64,000 nt of DNA from Desulfobacteraceae bacterium (GTDB lineage Bacteria; Desulfobacterota; Desulfobacteria; Desulfobacterales; JAABSP01): NCBI GenBank assembly GCA_011390135.1, contig JAABSZ010000002.1, forward strand, positions 3,039-67,038, in the 5' to 3' direction. Below the pieces are notes generated by a model. The model was not told where the DNA came from. It worked only from the letters and a program-made list of their open reading frames with translations, and made no database searches. The translations under genes and the position numbers were made by a program. The first letter of the stretch is position 1, and every line of letters begins with the position of its first letter. This document shows, one piece after another, positions 18,474 through 27,064 of the stretch.

Positions 18474-18949
18474 CCCTCATCTTCCACGTCCAGGGAATCA
18501 TCATCCGCGATCTGGAGCGGAGAGTTGATGGGGTCGATCGATTCTGTTTCATCGAATTCGTCATCGAGATCCTCGTCCAAAAGTTCATCGATGTCCTCTT
18601 CCTCCTCCTCGATCTCCTCCTCCTCGACCTCTTCGATCTCTTCCTCTTTTCCCAGTTCTGTCAGGTCATCCAGGGTGATCTCGATGCGATCCTTCTCCTC
18701 TGGATTCTCGTACAGATCCGCGACCGCATCCGCGATCCGCGAGGAATAGGCTCCGGGCGGATAGAGGTTGAGGGTTCGTATGGTCAGGATCAGGGATTCC
18801 TTCCCCTTTTCCAGCGCGGCTTTTATGGTATTGGCCGGATACCGTTGTTCGCAGAGCAGGGAGAAGCTGTCCTTGTCCAGTTCCGCATGTTCTTTGATGA
18901 TCAGTTCCGCTTTTTCGTCATCTCTGAAAATGGTGTACTGCTGTTTCAT
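18470..18949 (-). CDS. Hypothetical protein with an extremely acidic C-terminal tail
   Basis: 159 aa. Residues ~100-159 are almost entirely E/D (EEEIEEVEEEEIEEEEEDIDELLDEDLDDEFDE...). ATGA overlap with the TolC-like gene start. Codon usage resembles neighbouring genes. Confidence 0.6.
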   Translation of the reverse strand: MKQQYTIFRDDEKAELIIKEHAELDKDSFSLLCEQRYPANTIKAALEKGKESLILTIRTLNLYPPGAYSSRIADAVADLYENPEEKDRIEITLDDLTELGKEEEIEEVEEEEIEEEEEDIDELLDEDLDDEFDETESIDPINSPLQIADDDSLDVEDEG

Positions 18950-18965
18950 CGCGACCTCCTTTCGG

Positions 18966-19313
18966 TCACTTCCGGTGTCCTTCTTTTTTCAATAGATCAT
19001 AGTACCAGCAGGCGAACTCAAACATTCCCTGGTACCGTTCGTCGTCATTGATGATCCCCAGGCAGATCTCCAGTGCCCCGCTCGAAAACTGGGTGGTACA
19101 ATCATCGGGATAGCTCTGGAGAAACTCTCGGATCAGCATCTTCGAGGTTCTCCGGGTGGGGTCTTTCCGGATATCAATGGGATCTTTGGGCTCTGCAAAC
19201 GGGTTCCATTTATCATACCCCTTCTTCAGGATATGCTTCTGCCGCCGCTCCGACATGCTGTCGAAGATCATCTTTTTCCGGTTATCCGACTCTTGGGGGG
19301 TGAATTCAGCCAT
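18966..19313 (-). CDS. Hypothetical protein (115 aa)
   Basis: ORF with gene-like codon usage. It overlaps the upstream YkgJ gene by 8 nt and lies 16 nt before the next gene. I recognise no motif. Confidence 0.55.
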   Translation of the reverse strand: MAEFTPQESDNRKKMIFDSMSERRQKHILKKGYDKWNPFAEPKDPIDIRKDPTRRTSKMLIREFLQSYPDDCTTQFSSGALEICLGIINDDERYQGMFEFACWYYDLLKKEGHRK

Positions 19314-19992
19314 CGGCTTTCTCCGTTTCCGCCTCTGTTTCCAACGATTTGATCCCGAGATATTCTTCGTCGTAAGTTGTCAACAGAGCCATGGAGAGCG
19401 GTACAAGAAGATCGGCCATCCGGACATGCCGGGTCTTCAGAGATCCCACGAAATCGGCCGAGATCCGGAGCAGTGAATTGTGGATGGCATCCAGGTTGAC
19501 GGTGGGGTAGGGGACTCCCGGCTCGAATCCGGAGATCCCGCAGGTGTGGGCCTCGCCGTTGATGGCCGTGGGTATGCCGTAGAGACGACAGGTGATTGGC
19601 CGATATTCATAGATGTCACACAGGTTCTCCTCGTTGAGCATGGGACATCTCGATCGAACCCCTGCCATCTCATGGATGATCTTCTCCTCATCCTCTCCGG
19701 CCTCCAACCGCTTGTAGGCATCCTTTTTGATCTTATAGATCTGTCGGTCGGCGCGGTTGAGTCCTTCGGTCAGTGCTGCCCGCTTTTGCGGGTCAAGGGT
19801 TTCCCGGTATTTCTGATTGACATAGATGGATTCGATGAGGGTGAGATCGAAAAGCGCATTACAGCAGTCCGAGCAGCCGATGCTGCAGCGGACCTCATCG
19901 GGATGTTCCGCCTGCACCCTTCGAAAGGCTTCATCTGCCGCCAATACGAGGGCTTTATATCGTTTGAAAAACGGTTCAAAATCGACGTTCAT
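19306..19992 (-). CDS. YkgJ-family cysteine-cluster protein (UPF0153, CxxCxxCC)
   Basis: 228 aa. CSIGCSDCC motif, plus a second Cys group RCPMLNEENLCDIYEYRPITCRLYG typical of this family. Confidence 0.7.
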   Translation of the reverse strand: MNVDFEPFFKRYKALVLAADEAFRRVQAEHPDEVRCSIGCSDCCNALFDLTLIESIYVNQKYRETLDPQKRAALTEGLNRADRQIYKIKKDAYKRLEAGEDEEKIIHEMAGVRSRCPMLNEENLCDIYEYRPITCRLYGIPTAINGEAHTCGISGFEPGVPYPTVNLDAIHNSLLRISADFVGSLKTRHVRMADLLVPLSMALLTTYDEEYLGIKSLETEAETEKADG

Positions 19993-20048
19993 TCGATGAT
20001 ATCTCCTTTAAAAACAATTTACTACAGCCTTATGTTCCATGTGAAACA

Positions 20049-21473
20049 TTATTTCCCGATGCAGAATCGGGAGAAGATCTCGTCCAGCAGATCCGGCTCT
20101 GACGCTTCGCCCGTGATCTTTTTGAAGGAGCGGATGGCCTCCCGGATATCGATGGCGATCAGATCCGGGGGGAGCCCCTCTTTGAGACCCTCAAGTGCCG
20201 GAATCAGAAGATCTCGAGCCGAGACCAGCAGTTCCCCGTGGCGAAGATTGGGAAGGATCTGATTTTCCTCCGGGGTCAATCGCCGAACCCATTCTTCAAT
20301 GGCCCCCCGCAATGCATCGATTCCCTCTCCGTAGAGCGCGGATGTTTTCAGTGTTTTCTCTTTATCTTTTTCGATGGCATCGACTCCCCCTTTAGAATCC
20401 CATTCAGAGAGGGAGGGCGGAAAGATCCCGGTCTGACGTACCCGATCCCATTTGTTGCACACGATGATTTTCGGCTTCTCCCGAATCTCACCGTAGATCT
20501 GCCGGTCATCGGACGTGAGAGGCTCGCTCCCATCCAGCACAAAAAGCAGAAGATCCGCCTCCCCGACCCGCTGCCGGGTACGATCGATGCCGATCTTTTC
20601 CACCATATCCCGGCTCTCGTGAATGCCTGCCGTATCGATGAGGGAGAGCCGGATTCCGCCGGCTGCAAAGGGCGCTTCAATGGCATCCCGGGTGGTTCCC
20701 GGAACAGGGGTTACGATGGCCCGATCCTGATCGAGAAGCGCATTCATCAGGCTCGACTTTCCCACATTCGGTTTTCCGATGACCACGACTTTGAGCCCCT
20801 CCCGAAGGATTCGGGACTCCCGGCTCCGAATGATCATACCCTCTATTGTATCACAGATCCCTTTCAGAGCGGTAATCTGTTCCCGGGCCGGCAGGATTTC
20901 ATCTTCGAGATAATCCGGAAAATCGATGGCCGCTTCCAGTTCGGCCAGAACCTCCATCAGCCGATCCTGAATGTCCTCGATTTGCCGGCGGATCGCGCCG
21001 CGCATCTGTGCCGATGCCGCGGCCAGAGCCCGCTCCGTGCCGGCGGTGATGATATCGATGATCCCTTCGGCCTGGGTCAGATCGATCCGGCCATTCATAA
21101 AAGCCCGCCGGGTGAACTCCCCGGGCTCTGCCAGGCGCACCCCCCGGCTGAGGATCAGATCGAGGATCGCTTCCAGTACCGCAGGCCCTGCATGGGCCTG
21201 GATTTCGGCCACATCCTCCCGGGTGTAGGAGGCCGGTTTCGGCATGAGAACCGCCATGACCTCGTCGATGATCCGGTTCGATTCCCGGCCCGATGCCGGG
21301 GCCACAATATGGCCGTAACAGAGGCGATGGGGCGGCAGCGGCTGATGCGGATCAACGGCTCTTTGGAAGATTTTTCCCATTACCGACTCTGTTTTCGGCC
21401 CTGAGATCCGGATGATGCCGATGCCACCGCTGCCCGGTGGGGTCGCGATCGCCGCGATGGTTTCGTTATCCAT
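20049..21473 (-). CDS. mnmE: tRNA modification GTPase MnmE
   Basis: 474 aa. N-terminus TIAAIATPPGSGGIGIIRISG. G-domain GKPNVGKSSLMNAL, DTAG, NKWD. C-terminal FCIGK. Confidence 0.95.
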   Translation of the reverse strand: MDNETIAAIATPPGSGGIGIIRISGPKTESVMGKIFQRAVDPHQPLPPHRLCYGHIVAPASGRESNRIIDEVMAVLMPKPASYTREDVAEIQAHAGPAVLEAILDLILSRGVRLAEPGEFTRRAFMNGRIDLTQAEGIIDIITAGTERALAAASAQMRGAIRRQIEDIQDRLMEVLAELEAAIDFPDYLEDEILPAREQITALKGICDTIEGMIIRSRESRILREGLKVVVIGKPNVGKSSLMNALLDQDRAIVTPVPGTTRDAIEAPFAAGGIRLSLIDTAGIHESRDMVEKIGIDRTRQRVGEADLLLFVLDGSEPLTSDDRQIYGEIREKPKIIVCNKWDRVRQTGIFPPSLSEWDSKGGVDAIEKDKEKTLKTSALYGEGIDALRGAIEEWVRRLTPEENQILPNLRHGELLVSARDLLIPALEGLKEGLPPDLIAIDIREAIRSFKKITGEASEPDLLDEIFSRFCIGK

Positions 21474-21491
21474 AGAAGCCGAAAGACGCGC

Positions 21492-22790
21492 CTATTTCTT
21501 TTTGCTGCCCGATCCCTTCTTCTTGGGAAAGATCACCAGTTTCCGGTAGAAGCCGTCCCCCATGCTCTGTGTCCGGACGCCGCTGTCATCCTTTAAAGAG
21601 AGATGGACAATTCGCCGGTCATGGGAGTTGAGCTGTCCGATGGTCACCGGCTTTCCGGTCCGTTTCGCCTTTTCCGAAAGTCGGTTGGCCAGGTTTTTGA
21701 GCCGGTTCATCCGGCCGTCGAGGTACCCTTCGATATCGACCTGAACCCGAATCCGCTCATCGGCATGTTTGTTGACTATCTTTTCCACCAGATACTGAAT
21801 CGCCTCCAGGGTCTGCCCCCGTCTGCCGATGAGAACGCCGGTCTCTCCACCGTTGACCTGATAGAGCACCCGCTCCTTCTCCCGATTTACCGAGATGGCC
21901 GCGCCGGTTGTGATGAAATCGATGACGCGCTGGAGAACCGCCTCTCCCTGCTCGATGGCCGGGTCCCGGGGATCTTCTCCTCCGGATGCTTCGCGGTCGT
22001 CAGCAGGGATGGCTTCGGCCTCAAAGACCGCCTCAAAACCACTATCCTCTCCCGTGCCGGTGCGGAGATCCTCCTGAACCTCCCGGACATCCGGGCCTGG
22101 GGGTTCGGTCGTCAGATCCTGATCTGCATCGGAAGAGGGTAGGGGCTCTCTCCCCGCGTTTTCCCCACCATTTACGATCTCGGTTCCGCTCTCGGTTCCG
22201 CTCTCAGTTGCGCCTTTATTCGATTTCCGCTTTGAGCGGGAGGGCTTTCGACGCGACTTTCCAGAGGATTTGGATCTCTTTTCCCGTTTTGCCGGGGATT
22301 CCGCTTCAGCCACTTTTTCCGAGGCCTGAACCGAATGGGGCTCGGAATCGGGCTCCGAAGCCGGCTCCGAATCGGGCTCAAAATCGGGTGCGGATGGAAT
22401 TTCCGATGTCTTAGGCGGTTCACTCTCCTGCGCGGGATGTGATTCTATTTCAACTGCGGTTTCAAAATCCTCCTCTTGATGTTTGCCGCTGCCTTCAAAG
22501 GCTTCCTCTACCAGCGAGCTGACCGTCTCCCGAATCTCCTCCTGTGCGATTCTTTCCGCTTCCCTTGCACCGATGCCTTCCACTCCTTCGGCTTTGGGCC
22601 GATGTTTGTAGGAATCGGGGAGGGTGACGCGGATGCGTGCCTTTTTGGTTCCGACCAAGCCGAAGATGCCGCTGGAGCCGTAAGAGATCACATCGTATTT
22701 GAGCTTCTCTTTGGAAATTTTCAGTTCACGGCACGCTTTTTCCACCGCATTCTCGACAAGCTTGTCTTCGAATTCCAAACTGGTCGGCAT
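21492..22790 (-). CDS. jag: Jag/KhpB RNA-binding protein (Jag_N, KH, R3H) with a ~200-aa low-complexity insertion
   Basis: 432 aa. N-terminus AVEKACRELKISKEKLKYDVIS. C-terminal KH/R3H region (VDIEGYLDGRMNRLKNLA...LNSHDRRIVHLSL). Sits in the conserved yidC-jag-mnmE context. Confidence 0.8.
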   Translation of the reverse strand: MPTSLEFEDKLVENAVEKACRELKISKEKLKYDVISYGSSGIFGLVGTKKARIRVTLPDSYKHRPKAEGVEGIGAREAERIAQEEIRETVSSLVEEAFEGSGKHQEEDFETAVEIESHPAQESEPPKTSEIPSAPDFEPDSEPASEPDSEPHSVQASEKVAEAESPAKREKRSKSSGKSRRKPSRSKRKSNKGATESGTESGTEIVNGGENAGREPLPSSDADQDLTTEPPGPDVREVQEDLRTGTGEDSGFEAVFEAEAIPADDREASGGEDPRDPAIEQGEAVLQRVIDFITTGAAISVNREKERVLYQVNGGETGVLIGRRGQTLEAIQYLVEKIVNKHADERIRVQVDIEGYLDGRMNRLKNLANRLSEKAKRTGKPVTIGQLNSHDRRIVHLSLKDDSGVRTQSMGDGFYRKLVIFPKKKGSGSKKK

Positions 22791-22808
22791 GGGTTTTAGA
22801 CCTCCGTA

Positions 22809-24521
22809 TTATGCCTGTTTCTTAGAGATGTAGTACTGCTGAGCGATCGACAGAACATTGTTCACCAGCCAGTAGAGTACCAGTCCCGAAGGAAAATTGA
22901 TGAAGATGAAGGTAAAGACGATCGGCAGAAAGGTCATCATCTTTGCCTGTGCCGGATCTCCGGGCGGCGGAGACATCTTCTGCTGGAAAAACATGGTCGC
23001 GCCCATGATGATTGTCAGTACGGGAATACCATAGGGGGGCTGCATTAAAGGGATATAGCCCACATCAAAATTGAAGAGCCGGTCAGGTGCCGAGAGATCG
23101 TTGATCCAGAGGAAAAAGGGGGCGTGGCGAAGCTCGATAGCTTCATAGAGCATCCGGTAGAGCGCGATGAAGACCGGGATCTGGAGAACCATGGGCAGAC
23201 AACCCCCCATGGGATTGATCTTGTAGGTCTTGTACAGCCCCATCATCTCCTCGTTCATCTTCTTTTTATCATCTTTGTACTTCTCCCGAATGCGCGTCAT
23301 CTCCGGCTGGAGCTTCTTCATCTCGTTCATCGACTTGTACCCCTTGTTCCCAAGGGGCCAGAGGATCAGCTTGATCATCGTGGTCAGGATGATGATCGCG
23401 ATGCCGTAGTTGGGGATGAATCCATAGAGAAAATTCATCGCCCAGAGGCTCGGCTTGGCCAGAACATCGAACCAGCCGAAGTCGATGGCCCGGGCCAACT
23501 GATTGTCGATCAGGTTCAGGATGGAGAGGCTTTTGGGGCCGAAATAGAGATGGAAGCCATAGGTTTGGCTCCCGCCGGCCGGGACTGCCCGGGGCGGTGT
23601 GATATATTCCCCCGCGATACCGATCTCCTTTTCCGCCAGATGCATTTTGGCGGCCACCGGCTCATCCGGCAGAATTGCCGCGATAAAATACTGGGTCTCG
23701 GATGCGATCCATTGGATCTCTCCGGCAAGTGTCTGCTCTCCTTCGATGTCCTTGGGACGGATCTGCTCCAGATTGTTGTCCTTCAGGGTGCTGAGCCCTT
23801 CAAACGCGTAGCTTCCGGAATCCTCACTGTTTCCGGCAAGACCGATGGCCAGCGACGCATTCAGAGGGAGTTCCGTCAGGTTCTTCACCGAAATCTTCAT
23901 GTCGATGAGATAGGTATCAGGAGAAAACCGGAAGACTTTCTGAACCGTCAACCCTTCAGGGGATTGCCAGGTAAAGGCCAGCTCCCGGGGGCTCCGAACC
24001 GCTGTAATCCGATCCTGTCTCGTGTCCGCGATAAAGCGGGCGTCGGCAAGAGGCGTAGCGGGTCCGTTTTCAAAACGGGTGTAGAGGGTTCTTCCGGCCG
24101 CTGCCGGAACCAGCTCCTTGGGGGGCGAATCCTTCTCCACGGTCTCTTTATACTCATGAAGCCGGAAGCTGGTGAAGGCCGCGCCCTTTTCGGAGATATC
24201 GACCGTATAGAGCGGCGTCTCCACGGTGATCTTCCTGATCGGAATGATCGGGGTCTCCGGCTCTGTCGCTCCTGCCCCTTCCGCAGGGAGAATCGTTTCA
24301 GCCCGTCTCTGCTGCTGACCGGTTTGGATCCCTTCCGTTTCCGGGGTCGGAGTGACTGCCTGGCCCGGAACCGGTTCGGGGATTGGCCCCGGGAGGGTCT
24401 CTTTCTGGCTCTGCTGTTGGGGAGGCGGCTTGACAGCCTTTTGATCCACAAAGAAGAATTCCCACAAAAAAAAGACAAGAAAGGAAAGTACGATGGCAAT
24501 TAATAGTCGCGCATGTTCCAT
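22809..24521 (-). CDS. yidC: Membrane protein insertase YidC
   Basis: 570 aa. Large periplasmic P1 domain, then GIAIIILTTMIKLILWPL, KMKKLQPEM, NPMGGCLPMVLQIPVFIALY. Confidence 0.95.
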   Translation of the reverse strand: MEHARLLIAIVLSFLVFFLWEFFFVDQKAVKPPPQQQSQKETLPGPIPEPVPGQAVTPTPETEGIQTGQQQRRAETILPAEGAGATEPETPIIPIRKITVETPLYTVDISEKGAAFTSFRLHEYKETVEKDSPPKELVPAAAGRTLYTRFENGPATPLADARFIADTRQDRITAVRSPRELAFTWQSPEGLTVQKVFRFSPDTYLIDMKISVKNLTELPLNASLAIGLAGNSEDSGSYAFEGLSTLKDNNLEQIRPKDIEGEQTLAGEIQWIASETQYFIAAILPDEPVAAKMHLAEKEIGIAGEYITPPRAVPAGGSQTYGFHLYFGPKSLSILNLIDNQLARAIDFGWFDVLAKPSLWAMNFLYGFIPNYGIAIIILTTMIKLILWPLGNKGYKSMNEMKKLQPEMTRIREKYKDDKKKMNEEMMGLYKTYKINPMGGCLPMVLQIPVFIALYRMLYEAIELRHAPFFLWINDLSAPDRLFNFDVGYIPLMQPPYGIPVLTIIMGATMFFQQKMSPPPGDPAQAKMMTFLPIVFTFIFINFPSGLVLYWLVNNVLSIAQQYYISKKQA

Positions 24522-24603
24522 TTTATTTTAGCTCTTCTCCTCGATTTTGCCGATAATGGTCAGGCCGAGGGCCCATTGTGTCGAGATGTTCATTACAGGA
24601 CGA

Positions 24604-24840
24604 TCATGAATTGGGAGTCTCATCTTCCCGCTGAGGAACCGGATCGAAGCCGCTCGGATGGAACGGATGACAGCGCAGAATCCGGCCGATGGAAAGCCAT
24701 GATCCCTTGATCGCACCATAGCGGGAGATGGCCTGGTAGGCATAGGCGGAACAGGTTGGGTAAAAGCGGCATGATGGGCCTATAACAGGAGATATGAGAT
24801 ACTGATATGCCCGGATCAGCAGCAACAGAGGGCTTGCCAT
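24604..24840 (-). CDS. yidD: Membrane protein insertion efficiency factor YidD
   Basis: I chose the internal Met ([42 protein letters not shown]...[12 protein letters not shown]) because the longer 113-aa ORF would overlap rnpA. Confidence 0.85.
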   Translation of the reverse strand: MASPLLLLIRAYQYLISPVIGPSCRFYPTCSAYAYQAISRYGAIKGSWLSIGRILRCHPFHPSGFDPVPQREDETPNS

Positions 24841-24862
24841 GACGTTAAAGTCTGATATCCCA

Positions 24863-25219
24863 TCACCTCGGTATTCGGTTAAAGATCTCCGATAAGGATC
24901 GAAAGATCGCGTCGGTCGGCAGTTGGGCTGTGGTATGCTTTGCAATTATATTGATGTCCCAGCATCCGGGAAGGGTTTTCCGGTGGTGCCGAAAGTATTC
25001 CCGGATACAACGCTTGACCCGGTTGCGAGTGACCGCGCAGCCCACTCTCTTGGAAACAGTGAGGCCCAGCCGGTGGCCGCAGGCCCCGCCCGGTTCCGCC
25101 ACCGAGATAAAGTGTCGGTTCTGTGTACGCTTCCCGGATTGGGACAGGCTGAGGAACTGGGAACGTTTCAACAGCCTGTCCGTCTTGGGAAACGAGAAAG
25201 GGCGTTCGGCCGGCTTCAT
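24863..25219 (-). CDS. rnpA: Ribonuclease P protein component
   Basis: 118 aa, basic. [24 protein letters not shown] motif (RNR box). Sits between rpmH and yidD. Confidence 0.9.
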   Translation of the reverse strand: MKPAERPFSFPKTDRLLKRSQFLSLSQSGKRTQNRHFISVAEPGGACGHRLGLTVSKRVGCAVTRNRVKRCIREYFRHHRKTLPGCWDINIIAKHTTAQLPTDAIFRSLSEIFNRIPR

Positions 25220-25230
25220 ACAGGGCCGGC

Positions 25231-25365
25231 TCAGGCCGACAACCGTTTTCTTCCCTTGGCTCTGCGCCGGTTGATGACCCGGCGGCCCCCTTTAGTGGAC
25301 ATTCGCTTTAAAAATCCGTGGGTTCTGGCCCTCTTGATTCGGCTGGGCTGAAAGGTTCTTTTCAT
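25231..25365 (-). CDS. rpmH: 50S ribosomal protein L34
   Basis: Hand translation: [44 protein letters not shown]. Too short for the ORF track. Confidence 0.95.
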   Translation of the reverse strand: MKRTFQPSRIKRARTHGFLKRMSTKGGRRVINRRRAKGRKRLSA

Positions 25366-25472
25366 AATCCGTTTCCTTTATCCTTTTGAATAAATTTAGG
25401 GTTCTACCGTTTACGGTGCTGATGCGCCCTCTGATGACGTCCGGTGCGAAACAATTAAATGTTTAACCAAGA

Positions 25473-25502
25473 AATCTAATCACATGCAACGGGAGGTGTC
25501 AA
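25473..25502 (-). promoter_or_regulatory. Candidate sigma70-type promoter for rpmH-rnpA
   Basis: Minus strand: TTGACA (25502..25497), an 18-nt spacer, then TAGATT (25478..25473), about 110 nt upstream of rpmH. Pattern match only. Confidence 0.3.
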
Positions 25503-25510
25503 TATCAAAA

Positions 25511-27064
25511 TTAATCTTTCAGGATTTCAAAGATGTCGAACTCCTCCATGTGTAATTTCGTGTTGGGATAGATCACGATCTGCTTTCCGATTATCCGCTC
25601 CAGCGAGGTGATGACATGGCGCTCCTCTCCGTGGAGGAGGTCTGCGATCTCCGGGTTGACCCGAAGGGTGAGGCGCACCCCCTGCATGTCCACGGACTCA
25701 CGGATGACCTCCCGGAAGATGTTGTAGCAGATGGTCTGCCGGGAGATGAGAAAGCCCTCTCCTTCGCAATAAAAGCAGGGCTCGCACAGGGTCCGGGTCA
25801 AAGACCGCCGGACCCGCTTCCGGGTCATCTGCATCAGCCCCAGCTCCGACATCGGCAGGATGTGGGTCTTGCTCCGGTCCCGCTTGACCGCCTCTTTCAG
25901 CGCATTGAAGACCTTCTCCTGGTTGGAGCGCTTCTCCATATCGATGAAATCGATGATGATGATGCCGCCGATGTCTCTGAGCCGGATCTGGTACGCGATC
26001 TCCTTGACGGCCTCGAGGTTGGTCTTTAAAATCGTCTCTTCCAGGTTGTGCTTGCCCACATACCGGCCCGTGTTGACATCGATCGCCACCAGGGCTTCGG
26101 TCTGCTCGATGACGATGTATCCGCCCGATTTGAGCCAGACTTTCCGCTTGAGTGCCCTGGAGATGTCGCCTTCCAGGTTGTACGCGTCGAAGATCGGTTC
26201 CGGGTCACAATAGAGTTCCACCGAATCCTTGAGGCTCGGCATGAAGGTGTCTAAAAAGGAGACGATGGCCCCATACCCATCCCGGGAGTCGATCACCACC
26301 TTCTCGGCCTCGTGGAGCAGAAGATCCCGCACCGCGCGCAGGCTCACGGTCAGCTCCTGATGGAGCAGGGCCGGGGGGGCTGCGGTTTTGTACCGGGCGA
26401 TGATGTTCTCCCACAGATTCTTCAAAAAGGCCATCTCGTAGATGAGTTTCTCTCCGTTCACCCCTTCGGATGCTGTGCGCAGGATATAGCCCATGTCATC
26501 CTGTCGCAGGGAGGTGACCAGATCCTTGAGCCGGGCCCTTTCGGTTTCGTCTTCGATCCGCCGGGAGATCCCCACCTGCTCCGTGGAGGGCATGAAGACC
26601 AGAAAACGGCCCGGAATGGAGACATATGTGGTGACCCGGGCGCCTTTGGTCCCCAATGGCCCTTTGGAGACCTGCACCAGGATCTCCTGCCCCTCGGTCA
26701 GAAAGTTTTCGATCTGGCTCCCCCGGCCATTGGCGGCCCGGTCATCGAGGGGATTTTCCATCTGCCTGTCCGTTGGGATGTCCGTTGGAATCTCAGTCGG
26801 TTCGGAGATGAATGCCCGGAATTGACCGCCCGGCGCGGCCGGGAAGATGTCATTGACATATAGAAATGCGGCCTGGGATAGGCCGATATCCACGAACGCG
26901 GCCTGCATCCCCGGCAGCACCCGCTGCACCCGGCCCTTGTAGATATTTCCCGCGATATCCGCATCCCCCCGGCGCTTGATGAAGAGTTCGGCAATGGTGC
27001 CGTCCTCCAGCAGCGCGACCCGGGTCTCGTGCTCCGCAGCCTCGACCACCAGTTGTCTATACAT
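25511..27064 (-). CDS. rng: Rne/Rng-family ribonuclease (RNase G-like)
   Basis: S1 domain (NIYKGRVQRVLPGMQAAFVDIG), then DSRDGY..., GGYIVIEQTEALVAIDVNTG, GGIIIIDFIDM. I prefer the start at MYRQLVVEAAEHETRVALLEDG (27064). The alternative upstream ATG is at 27103. Confidence 0.85.
   Translation of the reverse strand: MYRQLVVEAAEHETRVALLEDGTIAELFIKRRGDADIAGNIYKGRVQRVLPGMQAAFVDIGLSQAAFLYVNDIFPAAPGGQFRAFISEPTEIPTDIPTDRQMENPLDDRAANGRGSQIENFLTEGQEILVQVSKGPLGTKGARVTTYVSIPGRFLVFMPSTEQVGISRRIEDETERARLKDLVTSLRQDDMGYILRTASEGVNGEKLIYEMAFLKNLWENIIARYKTAAPPALLHQELTVSLRAVRDLLLHEAEKVVIDSRDGYGAIVSFLDTFMPSLKDSVELYCDPEPIFDAYNLEGDISRALKRKVWLKSGGYIVIEQTEALVAIDVNTGRYVGKHNLEETILKTNLEAVKEIAYQIRLRDIGGIIIIDFIDMEKRSNQEKVFNALKEAVKRDRSKTHILPMSELGLMQMTRKRVRRSLTRTLCEPCFYCEGEGFLISRQTICYNIFREVIRESVDMQGVRLTLRVNPEIADLLHGEERHVITSLERIIGKQIVIYPNTKLHMEEFDIFEILKD

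Noticed and set aside
25366-25510. Replication origin or dnaA next to rpmH
   Set aside because: The rpmH-rnpA-yidD-yidC-jag-mnmE cluster is often origin-proximal. Here the upstream neighbour is rng. I saw no dnaA gene and no cluster of TTATCCACA-like boxes in the 145-nt spacer.
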